A stretch of 64,000 nt of DNA from a bacterium (GCA_963676395.1 OY781066.1:1536001-1600000), one strand, 5' to 3'. Positions 9,461-20,412 are shown, counted from the first letter of the stretch. Numbers and translations are program-made. The notes: a model not told the origin generated them from the sequence alone.

Positions 9461-11791
9461 CTATTTCATCAGGATCAGCTTTTGTACCTTACTTTCACCT
9501 CCAACGCTTAAATTGGCAAAATAGATTCCCGAAGGATAATTTGCGGCATTCCAGTTAATGGCATAGGAACCTGCCGAATAATGGTCATTGGCCAAAGTTG
9601 TAATTTGTTGGCCGTTTATATTAAAGATATTTAATTTAACTTCGGCATCATAAGGTATGGTGAATTCCAAAGTCGTACTGGGGTTGAAAGGATTGGGATA
9701 TGCAGATCTCAAATGAAAATCAGTCGGAAAATCACCAAAGATATCTTCAACAGAAACTTCGTTTGCGGATTCAAAGAAATCAATAATCCTTGCCATAAAG
9801 TCGATTCGTTTATCTTCACCTTGGATTGTTTCGAAAGGAAAGCCAAGACAGATAACTTTACCTGTATCCGAAGACGTGCCAAAAGGACCGACATAGCCGA
9901 TTCCTGCATAAACGCCACTTGAATACTGTACAATAAATTTACCGCCACCGTTTGCCCGGATTTTGTCGGGATAATCTTCAGGATACAAAGCAGAGCTACC
10001 GCCATAGGAGAATGATAATCCTTCAAAACGTGTATTTTCGCGCCCTGTTACAGTGTAATCATTTGAATCATCACCGACATAAATAGCTTTAAAATAATTA
10101 TTATAAAAACTGATGTCAGCCGAAGAACCCTTGTTTCCAATATCATAACCGATCTCTGAACCACTGACAAAGAAATGTCCACCTTGTTCCAAATATGCTT
10201 TTACTTTGTTTTGTTCAACACTGCTGAATGTTTCATCGCTGACACTTTCATCACCGGAAAACCAGATCACGTGTTCATAATCGTTTAACAGAACATCCTC
10301 ATCGATGATTGCTTGATTGTCGCATGTCGTGTAACCCCAACCTTCGGGCAAAGCATCGGCATAGTAGCCTGAAATATAATGATAAGCTAAGTTCCAACCT
10401 TGATCATTGGATACACGATCGTAACCGTCGACAATGAGGACAACTTTATCTTGAGTACTTCGTTTTACAAAATAGGTATCTGAGGGATCGCCTTCATTAC
10501 CATTGTAATAGGGGATGAGTTTAACGGAACGCTGACAGATACAATCAATGCCATATAATTTGATCGTTAAAGAGTCAGCAGGATAAATAAATTCGTTACC
10601 ACCGTTTGAACCACCGTCGAATTGTTCGACCAATTTTACAGAATCGATATTATTTTTATAGTTCCAGTTAAGATCCCAACTGCCATCGGAATTGGGAAGA
10701 ATTGAGTGAATTCTTGGTTGACCGGGCAGATCATCTATAACTCTGACCGCTGCATTTGCAACCGCTTGGCGAGTGGACGATACACTTGCATTATCATCCG
10801 GGTATACACGATTTGTTAATAAAACCACAAATAGATCACGAGTTGGATCCATAAATGCGGATGTACCGGTGTAGCCGGTGTGACCGAAATTTAAATCGGA
10901 CATTAATGATCCGGCTGAGCTACCATTAATTCCCCACCCATAAGCTCGGCTGCCGGCAGTCGATTGCAAGGTTGTAAATGGGACAACGGTTGTAGAATCT
11001 ACATATTTTCGTCCATCAACCGTTCCATGTCCTAACATGAGTTGACAAAATTTAGCCAAATCACCACTGGTTGAGAACAGGCCTGCATTACCCGAATATC
11101 CATTCAAACCAGCTGCCAACGGATCATGAACCGAACCTTGAAGCGAGCGAGTTGTCGGCAAACAACGATCATGTAAAGAATCTTCCGGGCAGAACATTGA
11201 GTTTACAAGTCCCATCGGATCTGTGTAAATTTCTTTATAAAATTCCCACATCATCATACCGGTTGCCTCTTCAACAACGCGCATATTCATGATGAAATTT
11301 AAACATGAATAGGTATAGGTACCTATCGAATTGCTTTGAGAAATATTATAGATATTGTTTAATGTTGCCGAACGAGTGGAAGCCGGACTTGTATAGGCAG
11401 GCAAACCACTGGTATGCATTAATAAATGCTTAACTTTGATTGAACCTTTACCGTTATTATCAAATGCTGGAACATAGTCCTTAACATAATCTTCAGGAGA
11501 AACCAGTCCCGAATCAATACATTTCATCATACACATTGAAGTGGCAAAAACTTTTGTCAAAGAAGCCAGGTCAAATATAGAGAGTGTATCTACCACAGTG
11601 GAAGATGCGTCATAAGTGAATTGTCCATAAGCTTTGTTATATAGGATTGAATCTGATGTGCCAATGGATACACATGCTCCGGGAAATACATGGTTATCAA
11701 TGGCGGCCTGCACAACTTCGTCGACTTCTTTAAATTTACTGGCAGCAAAGATAATATTTACGGTTAGTAAAAAGATCATTATTCGTTTCAT
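9461..11791 (-). CDS. Secreted beta-lactamase-fold serine hydrolase (AmiE/YbbE-like) with accessory domain and T9SS-like C-terminal tail
   Basis: Signal peptide; FDLASLTK (SxxK), HTSGLP, VHDP..GNAGLFST, FGHTGYTG, LLTNRVYP; C-terminal AYPNPFNP...KLILMK; GAGG RBS before ATG 11791. Confidence 0.85.
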   Translation of the reverse strand: MKRIMIFLLTVNIIFAASKFKEVDEVVQAAIDNHVFPGACVSIGTSDSILYNKAYGQFTYDASSTVVDTLSIFDLASLTKVFATSMCMMKCIDSGLVSPEDYVKDYVPAFDNNGKGSIKVKHLLMHTSGLPAYTSPASTRSATLNNIYNISQSNSIGTYTYSCLNFIMNMRVVEEATGMMMWEFYKEIYTDPMGLVNSMFCPEDSLHDRCLPTTRSLQGSVHDPLAAGLNGYSGNAGLFSTSGDLAKFCQLMLGHGTVDGRKYVDSTTVVPFTTLQSTAGSRAYGWGINGSSAGSLMSDLNFGHTGYTGTSAFMDPTRDLFVVLLTNRVYPDDNASVSSTRQAVANAAVRVIDDLPGQPRIHSILPNSDGSWDLNWNYKNNIDSVKLVEQFDGGSNGGNEFIYPADSLTIKLYGIDCICQRSVKLIPYYNGNEGDPSDTYFVKRSTQDKVVLIVDGYDRVSNDQGWNLAYHYISGYYADALPEGWGYTTCDNQAIIDEDVLLNDYEHVIWFSGDESVSDETFSSVEQNKVKAYLEQGGHFFVSGSEIGYDIGNKGSSADISFYNNYFKAIYVGDDSNDYTVTGRENTRFEGLSFSYGGSSALYPEDYPDKIRANGGGKFIVQYSSGVYAGIGYVGPFGTSSDTGKVICLGFPFETIQGEDKRIDFMARIIDFFESANEVSVEDIFGDFPTDFHLRSAYPNPFNPSTTLEFTIPYDAEVKLNIFNINGQQITTLANDHYSAGSYAINWNAANYPSGIYFANLSVGGESKVQKLILMK

Positions 11792-11985
11792 GGTAAGCCT
11801 CATCTAGTTATTTATTCATGGAATAATAAAAATATTTATCGCTAGAAACAAGAAAGGAATTCTAAAGTAATTAGCATGGTGCAAAAAACTATTCTATCAT
11901 GAGTTTATTTAAGGATATCTGTTTCTTATCGATGATGGTTTGTAAGTTGAAGAATATATCAATAGATGTTTCTGCCTGCCAGCTA

Positions 11986-12780
11986 CTATTTTGTACCTTC
12001 TATCTTCTGGCTTTTGGCTTCTGATTTTTCGGGATTCTCCGCGACAAAGATCTTTTCGATACCCAAATTTAGATCTTTTTCATATTTGAGTAATTCGACA
12101 CTGCGCTTGACGATGTCTTCCTCATAAAGAACCAACGATAAATAGAGTAAAAAGATCGTGGTGGTTGCAATAAACCAAATTTCAAAGATACCCGACATAC
12201 CAAACACCAAAATGGAAAGAAAAGAGCCACCAACAATCGTGTATTGCCATATTCTATTGATTTTGCGAAGTCGAGGGTTGCCTTGACTAATATAGCGTAC
12301 AAAGGGAAATAGTCCCAACACCAACAAAAGACCGTAGTTTACAGACGTCAAAACGTGAACGAAATGCCAGAAGGGGAAGAGGTCTTTTAACGCCGGGATA
12401 ATAGCAGTTAGAACAAGGGTAATAGATGCATAAATAATTAAGGTAAATGAGATCTTTTGCTCATATTTTTCAAGTTTGAATAAGGAGACGGCAGCGGTTT
12501 GAATAGAAAAACCCGCGATAACAGCCCAAATAATGAATATCTCGCGGTAAGTAAAAAAATTTCCGATATTACTCAGAGTATATTTGAAGGGATTTTCTAA
12601 GGTACCGTAGATAGCTGTAACAATTAGGGTTAATAACAACACGCTCATCACAAATATTCTTGTCCTTCGTTGTTTATATAGATCTGAAATATCCTGTTTG
12701 TGTTTTGACTGAAATTCAGGATCGACCACACCATCGGGAAGAATGTTTGTATCACTCTTTTTTTGAATTTTTCTTGGCAT
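11986..12780 (-). CDS. Hypothetical multi-pass membrane protein (DUF998-like)
   Basis: About 6 hydrophobic segments with TLSNIG and WHFVH motifs; GGAGG/AAGGA RBS before ATG 12780. Confidence 0.7.
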   Translation of the reverse strand: MPRKIQKKSDTNILPDGVVDPEFQSKHKQDISDLYKQRRTRIFVMSVLLLTLIVTAIYGTLENPFKYTLSNIGNFFTYREIFIIWAVIAGFSIQTAAVSLFKLEKYEQKISFTLIIYASITLVLTAIIPALKDLFPFWHFVHVLTSVNYGLLLVLGLFPFVRYISQGNPRLRKINRIWQYTIVGGSFLSILVFGMSGIFEIWFIATTTIFLLYLSLVLYEEDIVKRSVELLKYEKDLNLGIEKIFVAENPEKSEAKSQKIEGTK

Positions 12781-12947
12781 TTTCCTTAATCCTCCCATTA
12801 TACAGATACAAATAAAGATAAATCAACAGAGTTTCCAATCCAAGACAAAATCATTACACATGGTTTCCGGATAATAGGCAGACTTTGATGAATGATTTTA
12901 TTTTTTATGTGGAAACCCTATATTTATGGTATAATTCAGGAGCCTTC

Positions 12948-14630
12948 ATGCAAGTCAACGGTCAGCATTATCGTACAATATTCTTAGATGAAAACAATGA
13001 AAAAATCAAGATCATAAATCAACGATCATTACCTCATGAATTTAATATTGTTGAAATTAGCACCTGTGATGAAATGTGCGAAGTGATCAGGAATATGACC
13101 CTTCGGGGAGCCGGTCTCATTGGTGCGGCTACGGGTTATGGAATGTATCTTGCAGCCTTGGAAGCAGAAGACAAAAACTTCGATGAAGATATTCATAAAG
13201 CTGCCGAGAAATTAAAGCAGACTCGTCCTACTGCCGTGAATCTTGCTTGGGCGGTTGAGCGGCAGTTAAAAGCTTTCTTGGGAAAAATATCTGTGAAAGA
13301 AAAACGTAAGTTAGCTTTGCAAACGGCTATAGCAATTGCAAACGAAGATGCAGAAGCCTGCAAAAGGATAGGAGAATATGGTGTTGAGATCATTCGAGAG
13401 ATTGCAGCAAAAAAAGAGGGTCCGGTGAATATTTTAACTCATTGCAATGCCGGATGGCTGGCATTTGTTGATCACGGCACGGCTTTGTCACCCATATATA
13501 AAGCACAAGCCGAAGGCATTGATGTGCATGTGTGGGTAGATGAAACACGTCCACGAAATCAGGGAGCATCCCTTACAAGTTGGGAACTTGCTCAACAAGG
13601 AGTAGCACACACACTTATCACCGATAATGCCGGAGGACATTTAATGCAAAAGGGCATGGTAGATATGGTGATTACCGGAGCTGATCGTGTCGCTGCTAAC
13701 GGGGATGTAGCAAATAAAATTGGGACATATCTCAAAGCTTTGGCTGCGAAGGATAATGGCATTCCTTTTTATGTCGCCTTACCAAGTAGCACTTTTGATC
13801 TAAATATAAAAAACGGAGTACGTGATATTCCAATTGAAGAGCGGGACGCAAATGAAGTAAAATATGTTTCAGGCAAGAATGCCAATGCGCAGGTAGAAAA
13901 AGTATTGATCTGTCTCGAAAATACTTCTGTTGGTAATTGGGGCTTTGATGTGACCCCTGCGAGGTTGATCACAAAATTAATTTGTGAAAAAGGTATCTGC
14001 GATGCTAATAAAGAGGATATAACAAGACTATTGCCCGATGAAGGTTACATAAAGTTCAAGGCTGAAAAACGTTGCGAAGACTTGCCGGAGTTTCAGGGAT
14101 TTGCATTATTGAATTTAGCACGAACAAAGCTACATGATATGAAATTGATTGGCATGTATAGCAACGGGATCGGCTATGGGAATATCAGTTTGAGGGTGGG
14201 AAAAGACTTTTTGATCTCCGGCTCTGCAACGGGAAATATTCATGAGCTTCCGCTTGATAAATATGCCTTGGTATCTAAGGTTGATATTGCTCGAAACACA
14301 GTTTATTATTCAGGCAAGACGACAGCCTCCTCGGAATCCATGAGTCATGCCATGATATATCAAACGCTTCCTAATGTAAAGTGTGTGATCCATGTTCATC
14401 ATGCAGAGTTACATCAATTCATGAAACGAGAAGATTATGATGCCACAGCTCCGGATGTGAGCTATGGTACTCCCGAATTTGCTGAAAGTATCATCTCTTT
14501 ATTGAGAAACAAGAAAGAATCTCATGGAGTTTTTGTTACACCCGGACACGAAGAGGGTGTATTTGTTTATGGCGAGAGCGTGGATGAGGCGATGGAAGCA
14601 TGTTTGAATATTTATACTGCAATTTCGTAA
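12948..14630 (+). CDS. mtnA: Methylthioribose-1-phosphate isomerase fused to a class II aldolase/adducin domain
   Basis: MtnA motifs: LRGAGLIG, TRPTAVNL, THCNAG, DETRPRNQG, GADRVAANGDVANKIGT, FDVTP. Aldolase motifs: DEGYIKF, GYGNISLR, SSESMSHAMIY, VIHVH, GHEEG. AGGAG RBS before ATG 12948. Confidence 0.9.
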   Translation: MQVNGQHYRTIFLDENNEKIKIINQRSLPHEFNIVEISTCDEMCEVIRNMTLRGAGLIGAATGYGMYLAALEAEDKNFDEDIHKAAEKLKQTRPTAVNLAWAVERQLKAFLGKISVKEKRKLALQTAIAIANEDAEACKRIGEYGVEIIREIAAKKEGPVNILTHCNAGWLAFVDHGTALSPIYKAQAEGIDVHVWVDETRPRNQGASLTSWELAQQGVAHTLITDNAGGHLMQKGMVDMVITGADRVAANGDVANKIGTYLKALAAKDNGIPFYVALPSSTFDLNIKNGVRDIPIEERDANEVKYVSGKNANAQVEKVLICLENTSVGNWGFDVTPARLITKLICEKGICDANKEDITRLLPDEGYIKFKAEKRCEDLPEFQGFALLNLARTKLHDMKLIGMYSNGIGYGNISLRVGKDFLISGSATGNIHELPLDKYALVSKVDIARNTVYYSGKTTASSESMSHAMIYQTLPNVKCVIHVHHAELHQFMKREDYDATAPDVSYGTPEFAESIISLLRNKKESHGVFVTPGHEEGVFVYGESVDEAMEACLNIYTAIS

Positions 14631-14656
14631 TAACAGTACATCTATTGTTCTAAATT

Positions 14657-14682
14657 AAAAGGGGCGACTAAAGAATCGCCCG
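14657..14682 (-). terminator. Intrinsic terminator between convergent genes
   Basis: GGGCGA-ctaaagaa-TCGCCC hairpin with AAAA on the left. Confidence 0.75.
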
Positions 14683-14704
14683 CACATTAACATTATTTCA
14701 AATT

Positions 14705-15454
14705 TTATTCTAAAGATTTTTCCGCTTTCTTTTTCTTAATTCCATCACTGATCGCATAGGGTAGGTAAGCCAGTACAAAAAGTACCAAAGCTACGCCACA
14801 TAGTGAAAGCAGATACCAGGGCCATGGACCTAAAAGGTCGATGAGAGAGCCACCCAGTGGGGGATGTTTTAGGAACATGTAATTCATGTCAGGATGCAGA
14901 AAATTCAATGGAAAAATCACCGCTGCAAGTATAAGCGTTCTTATAAAAACACGCGGGATAGAATTCCAATATGGACGCATTTTTAAAATAATAACGGCAT
15001 ATAATAAACCAAGTATTTCAATGGTGTGTGCCGTAAAAAAGGTGATAGCTATTGGATGTGGGAACATATATTTTAGATCTGGAGTGAGTAGAGACTGAGT
15101 TGCTCCACACAAAGCCCAGAAGTACGCTAACTCCAATGCCCATTGTTTTCTTGTTATCAGTAGAATACCTACCATGATCATGCCAAAGTTACAAAGATGC
15201 AATGGTAAACTTGCAGCCAGACTATGTCCTAAGATCAATTTCATGGTTGGGATCTCCATGAATAAATGCACAATGGCAACAATACCTAGGATGCGACCGG
15301 TTTTATTAGCTTGTTGTTCATTCAGTTTTTTCTTACTGTAGATCAAGAAAGCAGCTGATACAATTAAAATGATACTCAAATAGATCAGATGATCTGTGCC
15401 GAACATTGGGATGGTTTTTTCATAGCGTAATTGCTCGAGATTTTCTCTCCACAT
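14705..15454 (-). CDS. YwaF-like / TIGR02206-type integral membrane protein
   Basis: LPLHLC, ATQSLLTPD, FFTAH, NYMFL and GPWPWY motifs; AGGAGG RBS before ATG 15454. Confidence 0.85.
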   Translation of the reverse strand: MWRENLEQLRYEKTIPMFGTDHLIYLSIILIVSAAFLIYSKKKLNEQQANKTGRILGIVAIVHLFMEIPTMKLILGHSLAASLPLHLCNFGMIMVGILLITRKQWALELAYFWALCGATQSLLTPDLKYMFPHPIAITFFTAHTIEILGLLYAVIILKMRPYWNSIPRVFIRTLILAAVIFPLNFLHPDMNYMFLKHPPLGGSLIDLLGPWPWYLLSLCGVALVLFVLAYLPYAISDGIKKKKAEKSLE

Positions 15455-15564
15455 GGTGTTCCCTCCTAATTTGTGGCGAGTAACTAGACGTTGTTGACTA
15501 GTTCTCATTTATTTTCTAATTGAAATCCTGTGTTATTCCAATCAGATATATTCGTACAATCGTA

Positions 15565-16593
15565 CTAGGTACTTATACCTTCGTAAGCATTGAATTCATA
15601 TTCCCGAAACAGCTCTATATCATTCAAAGGGCGATTGGGAATATCCAAACCGAACACTTCGCAAATATTCAAATGTGTTATTCGATCAATGAGTTCTTGA
15701 GATGCACCTTTGTTTTGCAGTTTTCTCAGCAGATTTGCTAAGATAGGAAAACCCGGGATGCCCGATGCATAAGGTGCCCCAAGTTTTTCAGATCTTAAGT
15801 GCGGTGCGTGATCTGTTTCTATCCAATTAATTCGCTCTTCCAGTAACATTTTTATAAGCCTGTCTCTGGATGCTTTTGATCGTAGAGGTGGGTTCATTTT
15901 CAGGAGTAAGCCATCATGCTTATCCATCATGTGATCATATAGTAATAAGTGGTGGGGTGTTACTCCGCAAGTCAATGAGAATTTAACATGTTCTCTTGCT
16001 TTTTCAAGGAGTTCTACGCTTTCGGGTAATGAAATATGCGCAATATGAAGGATACCTCTATACCCCGCACGAGTAGCCAAAGTGATCATTTTTGAGATGG
16101 AGTTGATCTCTGCGATTGGTGGTCTGGCTTCGCAATGTGAGATAGGTCGTTCAGGATTCCATAGCTCCGGAATAAAATCCGATTCTTCTTCGCAATGGAT
16201 GGCTAAAACACCACGATAATCTGCTTCAGCTAGAGTTTTAAATACTAATTTTTGTGATGCGATATCCGGAATGGATAAGTTACCTGTAGATTTGCCGGCA
16301 AAAAGTTTGAGCCCAACGACTTGATCGAATTCCTGCGTGCAAGCAATCGCTTCGGCAATTTGCTCGGGATCTTTGCTAAGACCACAATACAGACCATAAA
16401 AAACCGGCGAATTTGCCCTATCGGCACATTCCAATCGACGTAACACATGTCCTCGTCTCATGATTGGCGGTGAGGTATTGGGCATATCAAAAACACCGGA
16501 AATACCAATGCGTTCGGCCACGGATAAACCATGTCGAATAGTTTCTTTATGTTGCAGTTCTCCGTCGCGGAGATGTACGTGGGGGTCAATCAT
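15565..16593 (-). CDS. pyrC: Dihydroorotase (amidohydrolase superfamily)
   Basis: IDPHVHLRD, DMPNTSP, HCE, HIAHIS, TPHHL, KMNPPLR, ETDHAPH. Confidence 0.85.
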   Translation of the reverse strand: MIDPHVHLRDGELQHKETIRHGLSVAERIGISGVFDMPNTSPPIMRRGHVLRRLECADRANSPVFYGLYCGLSKDPEQIAEAIACTQEFDQVVGLKLFAGKSTGNLSIPDIASQKLVFKTLAEADYRGVLAIHCEEESDFIPELWNPERPISHCEARPPIAEINSISKMITLATRAGYRGILHIAHISLPESVELLEKAREHVKFSLTCGVTPHHLLLYDHMMDKHDGLLLKMNPPLRSKASRDRLIKMLLEERINWIETDHAPHLRSEKLGAPYASGIPGFPILANLLRKLQNKGASQELIDRITHLNICEVFGLDIPNRPLNDIELFREYEFNAYEGIST

Positions 16594-16641
16594 GTCGGTA
16601 AGCTATAATCGGCAATCCGTAATCTTTTAATGGGTTACTTC

Positions 16642-17712
16642 CTACTTCTTTATTTCTACTGTCCAACCGTATTTATCTTCGAGTTTACCGTATTGAATGC
16701 CTAGAAGTTTATCATACATTTTTTGAGCAAAGGGACCGACTTCTTCATTGTTAATGATGATATCTTTACCTTCGTCATAACCGATACGACCAACAGGAGC
16801 GATCGTAGCAGCAGTGCCGGTGCCAAAGCAGTCTTGTAGTTTTCCGGTTTCAGATGCTTCAATGATCTCTTCCAAAGCGATTCGACGTTCTTCGACTTTC
16901 CAACCCAATTCTTTGGCAAGATGAAGCACGGACTTACGAGTAATTCCTGCAAGAATAGTGCCTTGCTCAAGTGTAGGTGTGACAAGCGTATCATCGATAA
17001 CAAACATCATGTTCATTGTACCGACTTCGTCGACATATTTATGATCTCTGTAATCAAGCCACATGATCTGTTTATAACCTTTTTTCTGAGCATCTTTAGC
17101 GGCATAGAGTGACTGAGCGTAGTTGGCGGCAGCCTTTACATGACCTGTACCACCCAAGGCAGCACGGGTGAATTTTTGCGTTGCATAAATGCTTAACGTT
17201 TTCAAATTCTTGCCATAATAAGCATCCACTGGAGTCATGATCACCGCATAACGATATGTGTCGGAGATCTTTACACCCAAGGCGGGATCCGTGGCAAAAA
17301 TATAGGGACGGATATATAGTGATGAACCCATATGAGAAGGTGTAAAGGCTTGGTCAAGTTCAACGACTTGTATAAGGTCTTCTAAAGTCTTGGCTTCATC
17401 AGGCATTTGGGGGATAGCCATACGTTCTGCGGACATGTTCAAACGACTTATATTATCTTTGGGACGGAAAAGACGGACGATGCCATCTACACCCCGAAAG
17501 GCTTTCATACCTTCGAATATGCTTTGACCGTAATGCAGAGTAATATTAGCCGGAGAAAGAGAAAAGTTCGCATAAGGAACTATCTCGGTTTCTTGCCATG
17601 CGCCGTTGTTGTAATCTTTGATCAACATGTGGTCAGTGTAGTATTTTCCGAAGGTCAGGTTTTGAAAATCTATCTCGGGAAGCTTGCTGACTTTTGCTTT
17701 CGTTACTTTCAT
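16642..17712 (-). CDS. ilvE: Branched-chain amino acid aminotransferase
   Basis: LHYGQSIFEGMKAF, SLYIRPY, KAAANYA, EVGTMN, ILAGITR, GTGTAA. Confidence 0.95.
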   Translation of the reverse strand: MKVTKAKVSKLPEIDFQNLTFGKYYTDHMLIKDYNNGAWQETEIVPYANFSLSPANITLHYGQSIFEGMKAFRGVDGIVRLFRPKDNISRLNMSAERMAIPQMPDEAKTLEDLIQVVELDQAFTPSHMGSSLYIRPYIFATDPALGVKISDTYRYAVIMTPVDAYYGKNLKTLSIYATQKFTRAALGGTGHVKAAANYAQSLYAAKDAQKKGYKQIMWLDYRDHKYVDEVGTMNMMFVIDDTLVTPTLEQGTILAGITRKSVLHLAKELGWKVEERRIALEEIIEASETGKLQDCFGTGTAATIAPVGRIGYDEGKDIIINNEEVGPFAQKMYDKLLGIQYGKLEDKYGWTVEIKK

Positions 17713-17822
17713 GTTACACCTCATATTTGCTTTTTCAGCAAAGTGATCAATTTATTGTAAAATCTTCCTCAGTAGGAGACAATTTAGATTAACTGTTCTC
17801 GATCTTTAATGACTTGGATTAT

Positions 17823-18449
17823 TTACTTAAAGTCGAAGTTGTAGATGCTTTGGAAAACATCTTCACAGTACTTTGGATCCGTCAGGAAATCTTTTCCATC
17901 CGTATGTATGACCAAAACAGGAATCTCCTTGCTCTCAATCAATTCTCCGATCCAACGATCGTAGTAAATATTCAATAAATGTAAATATTCAAGATCAATG
18001 CTCTGCTCATAATCGCGACCGCGTTTTTTAATACGAGAAATGAGTGAATCCGTAGAAGCTTGCAGGTAAACGATTAGATCCGGGGGACGTAGATAGGATG
18101 TCATTTCACCAAAAAGTTCCTGGTAGTTTTCCCAGTCGCGATCATCCATGTTTTTCATATCATGGATAGAACGCGCAAAGATCTTGGCATCTTCATAGAT
18201 GGTACGATCCTGAACAATGGTATTGCTTAGGTTCTGGATCTGTTTTTGTACCTGAAATCGTTTTGATAGAAAATAGATCTGCAGGTTAAAACTCCAGCGT
18301 AGCATATCGCCGTAAAAATCTTTTAAATAGGGGTTGTCGACCACAACTTCATAGTGCGGATCCCAGCCAAATCGTTTGCAAAGCAGATTTGTAAATGTTG
18401 TTTTTCCTACGCCGATATTTCCGGCAATTCCAATAAATCGATGTTTCAT
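17823..18449 (-). CDS. Deoxynucleoside kinase (dCK/dGK family)
   Basis: AGNIGVGKTT P-loop, NPYLKDFY, LQIYFL, DRTIYED, RIKKRGRDYE. Confidence 0.92.
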   Translation of the reverse strand: MKHRFIGIAGNIGVGKTTFTNLLCKRFGWDPHYEVVVDNPYLKDFYGDMLRWSFNLQIYFLSKRFQVQKQIQNLSNTIVQDRTIYEDAKIFARSIHDMKNMDDRDWENYQELFGEMTSYLRPPDLIVYLQASTDSLISRIKKRGRDYEQSIDLEYLHLLNIYYDRWIGELIESKEIPVLVIHTDGKDFLTDPKYCEDVFQSIYNFDFK

Positions 18450-18614
18450 ATAAATTATCAAGAGTTAACCGACTAATGTAGGAAAAATTTATTAAAGGAA
18501 AAAGTAAAAAGGAAAAGGGAAGAAGTTAAGTGTCAATTTTTAAGGCATAAGTCGAAGACTCTTTAAAGTCTTAGTATAGTGGGGTGAAGATGAGGGAAAT
18601 GAAAAGTATAAAAG

Positions 18615-18630
18615 TGTGACCTGGACCACA
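18615..18630. promoter_or_regulatory. CRP/FNR-family-like palindromic site
   Basis: TGTGA-cctgga-CCACA, one mismatch to TGTGA-N6-TCACA, upstream of the deoxynucleoside kinase gene. Confidence 0.3.
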
Positions 18631-18730
18631 CCTTTATATTTGCAGCAAAATGCGCTCAAATTATTTCATATATTTTAGAAATGATATGAGAAATAATCCT
18701 TTGAACCGGAAGGGAAATTAATTAAAAATA

Positions 18731-18760
18731 ACAAAACCGCCGATTTTTATCGACGGTTTC
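18731..18760 (-). terminator. Intrinsic terminator after the GltS-family transporter
   Basis: Minus strand AAACCGTCGAT-AAAA-ATCGGCGGTTT followed by TGTTATTTTT. Confidence 0.75.
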
Positions 18761-18782
18761 AAATATCTTATGTTTTATATGG

Positions 18783-20219
18783 TTATTTGGGGTTTGTCTC
18801 TTGTTTTTTGAACTTAAAGGTTCCCGTTAACCACCAAATTAAGAAAAGAACAACCGTATAGGCTGATAAGATCCCCAGTGTTACCCACCACCCCTTAATG
18901 ATATTATCAGCATAGAACATAGTTGGAAAATTCATGATAATAAGCATAGGTAGAGCAGGACCAATGGTAATAGCCGAACCAACAATATTATCTTCGGCAA
19001 TAGATGTTTTAAAATGAGGGTCCATGACGCGGATAAGTGTTAATGATGAATTAATGGTTCCGGTCATTTCGGCGAAGACCGAGACAAAGCGCTCAAAATG
19101 GTAATCTTTATAAGCCCGGAAGGATGTCCAATAAACCAAAGCCATGGTTCCAATACCACCTAATACGGAGATCAGTAATACCGACAACCAATACTGTGAT
19201 AAAACGGGGATAGAGATAGCTGCGATAGCCGCTACGACGAGATAATCTATCGCGACACCCGAAATACGGTTCATTAGCCCTTCGTCGATCATATAGCTTT
19301 TATTGATCTTATCGAGGAACCAACGAGTCAGGAATGAAAGTAAGATCGCTACGATAAAGTGAAATGACCATAAGGTGTTTGCCAGATCTCCCGGTAAAAT
19401 ACCGGCCAATAATTTTGTAACCCAATATGTTGCAAGGTATACAAGGCCAACCATCGCTAATTGAAAAGACATTGAGTCAATGGCTTCCTGTGCCATGGTC
19501 AGTTTACCGGCATTAGTTTTTTCGTGATGGTCAAGGTGGATGATACCTGTACGAACATCATGAGATACCTCATCCATGCTTTTGATCGTAGTCAAACGAC
19601 GTTTCCTGATACCGTAACGAATCAAGCCGATACCTCCGAAGAAAGCAAAAAGGTAACCGATGGCCGCAAAAGTCAATCCAATTTGTCCACCACCGGGGAA
19701 GCCATATTGTTCCCAACCATGACCAATAGAGTAAGCCAGTCCGGGTCCCATGCCGTATCCCATGGTCAGCAAAACACCGATACCGGGGAATAGCTCAGGT
19801 CGGATCGTATAGATCAATGCAAAGGCAATAAATAGACCGATAGTTGCTTGAGTCATATAACTCAAAATAGAGATCATGGCTTTTGAATACGCATTTTTTC
19901 CCGTTTTGCCGCGACCTTTGCGTAACCCCATAACAACGAATGTGATCGCAAGCAGGTGATAAACATAAATACCCAAACGTGCGCTATCCAAGGGGATAAC
20001 GGCAAAACCCGGTAGCCCAACAGCTCTCCAAATACCCCCTAGGATCTGAGGCCCCAGGATCAAGGCAAGAAAACCGCCGATAATATTATTGGGAATGAGA
20101 AATTTTCTAAACAAAGGAACATAACGTCTTAGTAAAGTTCCTATAACAAGAAACAGACTGAGATATGCCAAATCCAGTACAACTTCTTTAAAATCGAGTG
20201 CAAAATTCCAAGGTGTCAT
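18783..20219 (-). CDS. gltS: Sodium:glutamate symporter family (GltS-like) transporter
   Basis: IPNNIIGG, GYGMGPG, GLTFAAIG, MTGT..LIRVMDP; about 12 TM helices; GGAGG RBS. Confidence 0.75.
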   Translation of the reverse strand: MTPWNFALDFKEVVLDLAYLSLFLVIGTLLRRYVPLFRKFLIPNNIIGGFLALILGPQILGGIWRAVGLPGFAVIPLDSARLGIYVYHLLAITFVVMGLRKGRGKTGKNAYSKAMISILSYMTQATIGLFIAFALIYTIRPELFPGIGVLLTMGYGMGPGLAYSIGHGWEQYGFPGGGQIGLTFAAIGYLFAFFGGIGLIRYGIRKRRLTTIKSMDEVSHDVRTGIIHLDHHEKTNAGKLTMAQEAIDSMSFQLAMVGLVYLATYWVTKLLAGILPGDLANTLWSFHFIVAILLSFLTRWFLDKINKSYMIDEGLMNRISGVAIDYLVVAAIAAISIPVLSQYWLSVLLISVLGGIGTMALVYWTSFRAYKDYHFERFVSVFAEMTGTINSSLTLIRVMDPHFKTSIAEDNIVGSAITIGPALPMLIIMNFPTMFYADNIIKGWWVTLGILSAYTVVLFLIWWLTGTFKFKKQETNPK

Positions 20220-20412
20220 TTAATTTCCTCCTGTGATAAATGACCTGATTATTACTGTGCGACAAAATATATGGGTTTAAAGTAAAAATGTAAAAGTAAA
20301 AAGTAAATGATGCCGTTAAGCAATATTAGAGCTTTTGTTGACTCGTTTGGCAAGGATTTCCCTTTTATTCATCACAATTTCCCCCTAAATTTCCCACTAA
20401 TTAGGAGGTGAA

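Noticed and set aside
9461..11791. Antibiotic-resistance beta-lactamase
   Set aside because: The motif set (VHDP..GNAGLFST, HTGYTG, LTNRVYP) fits AmiE/esterase-type family members rather than AmpC.
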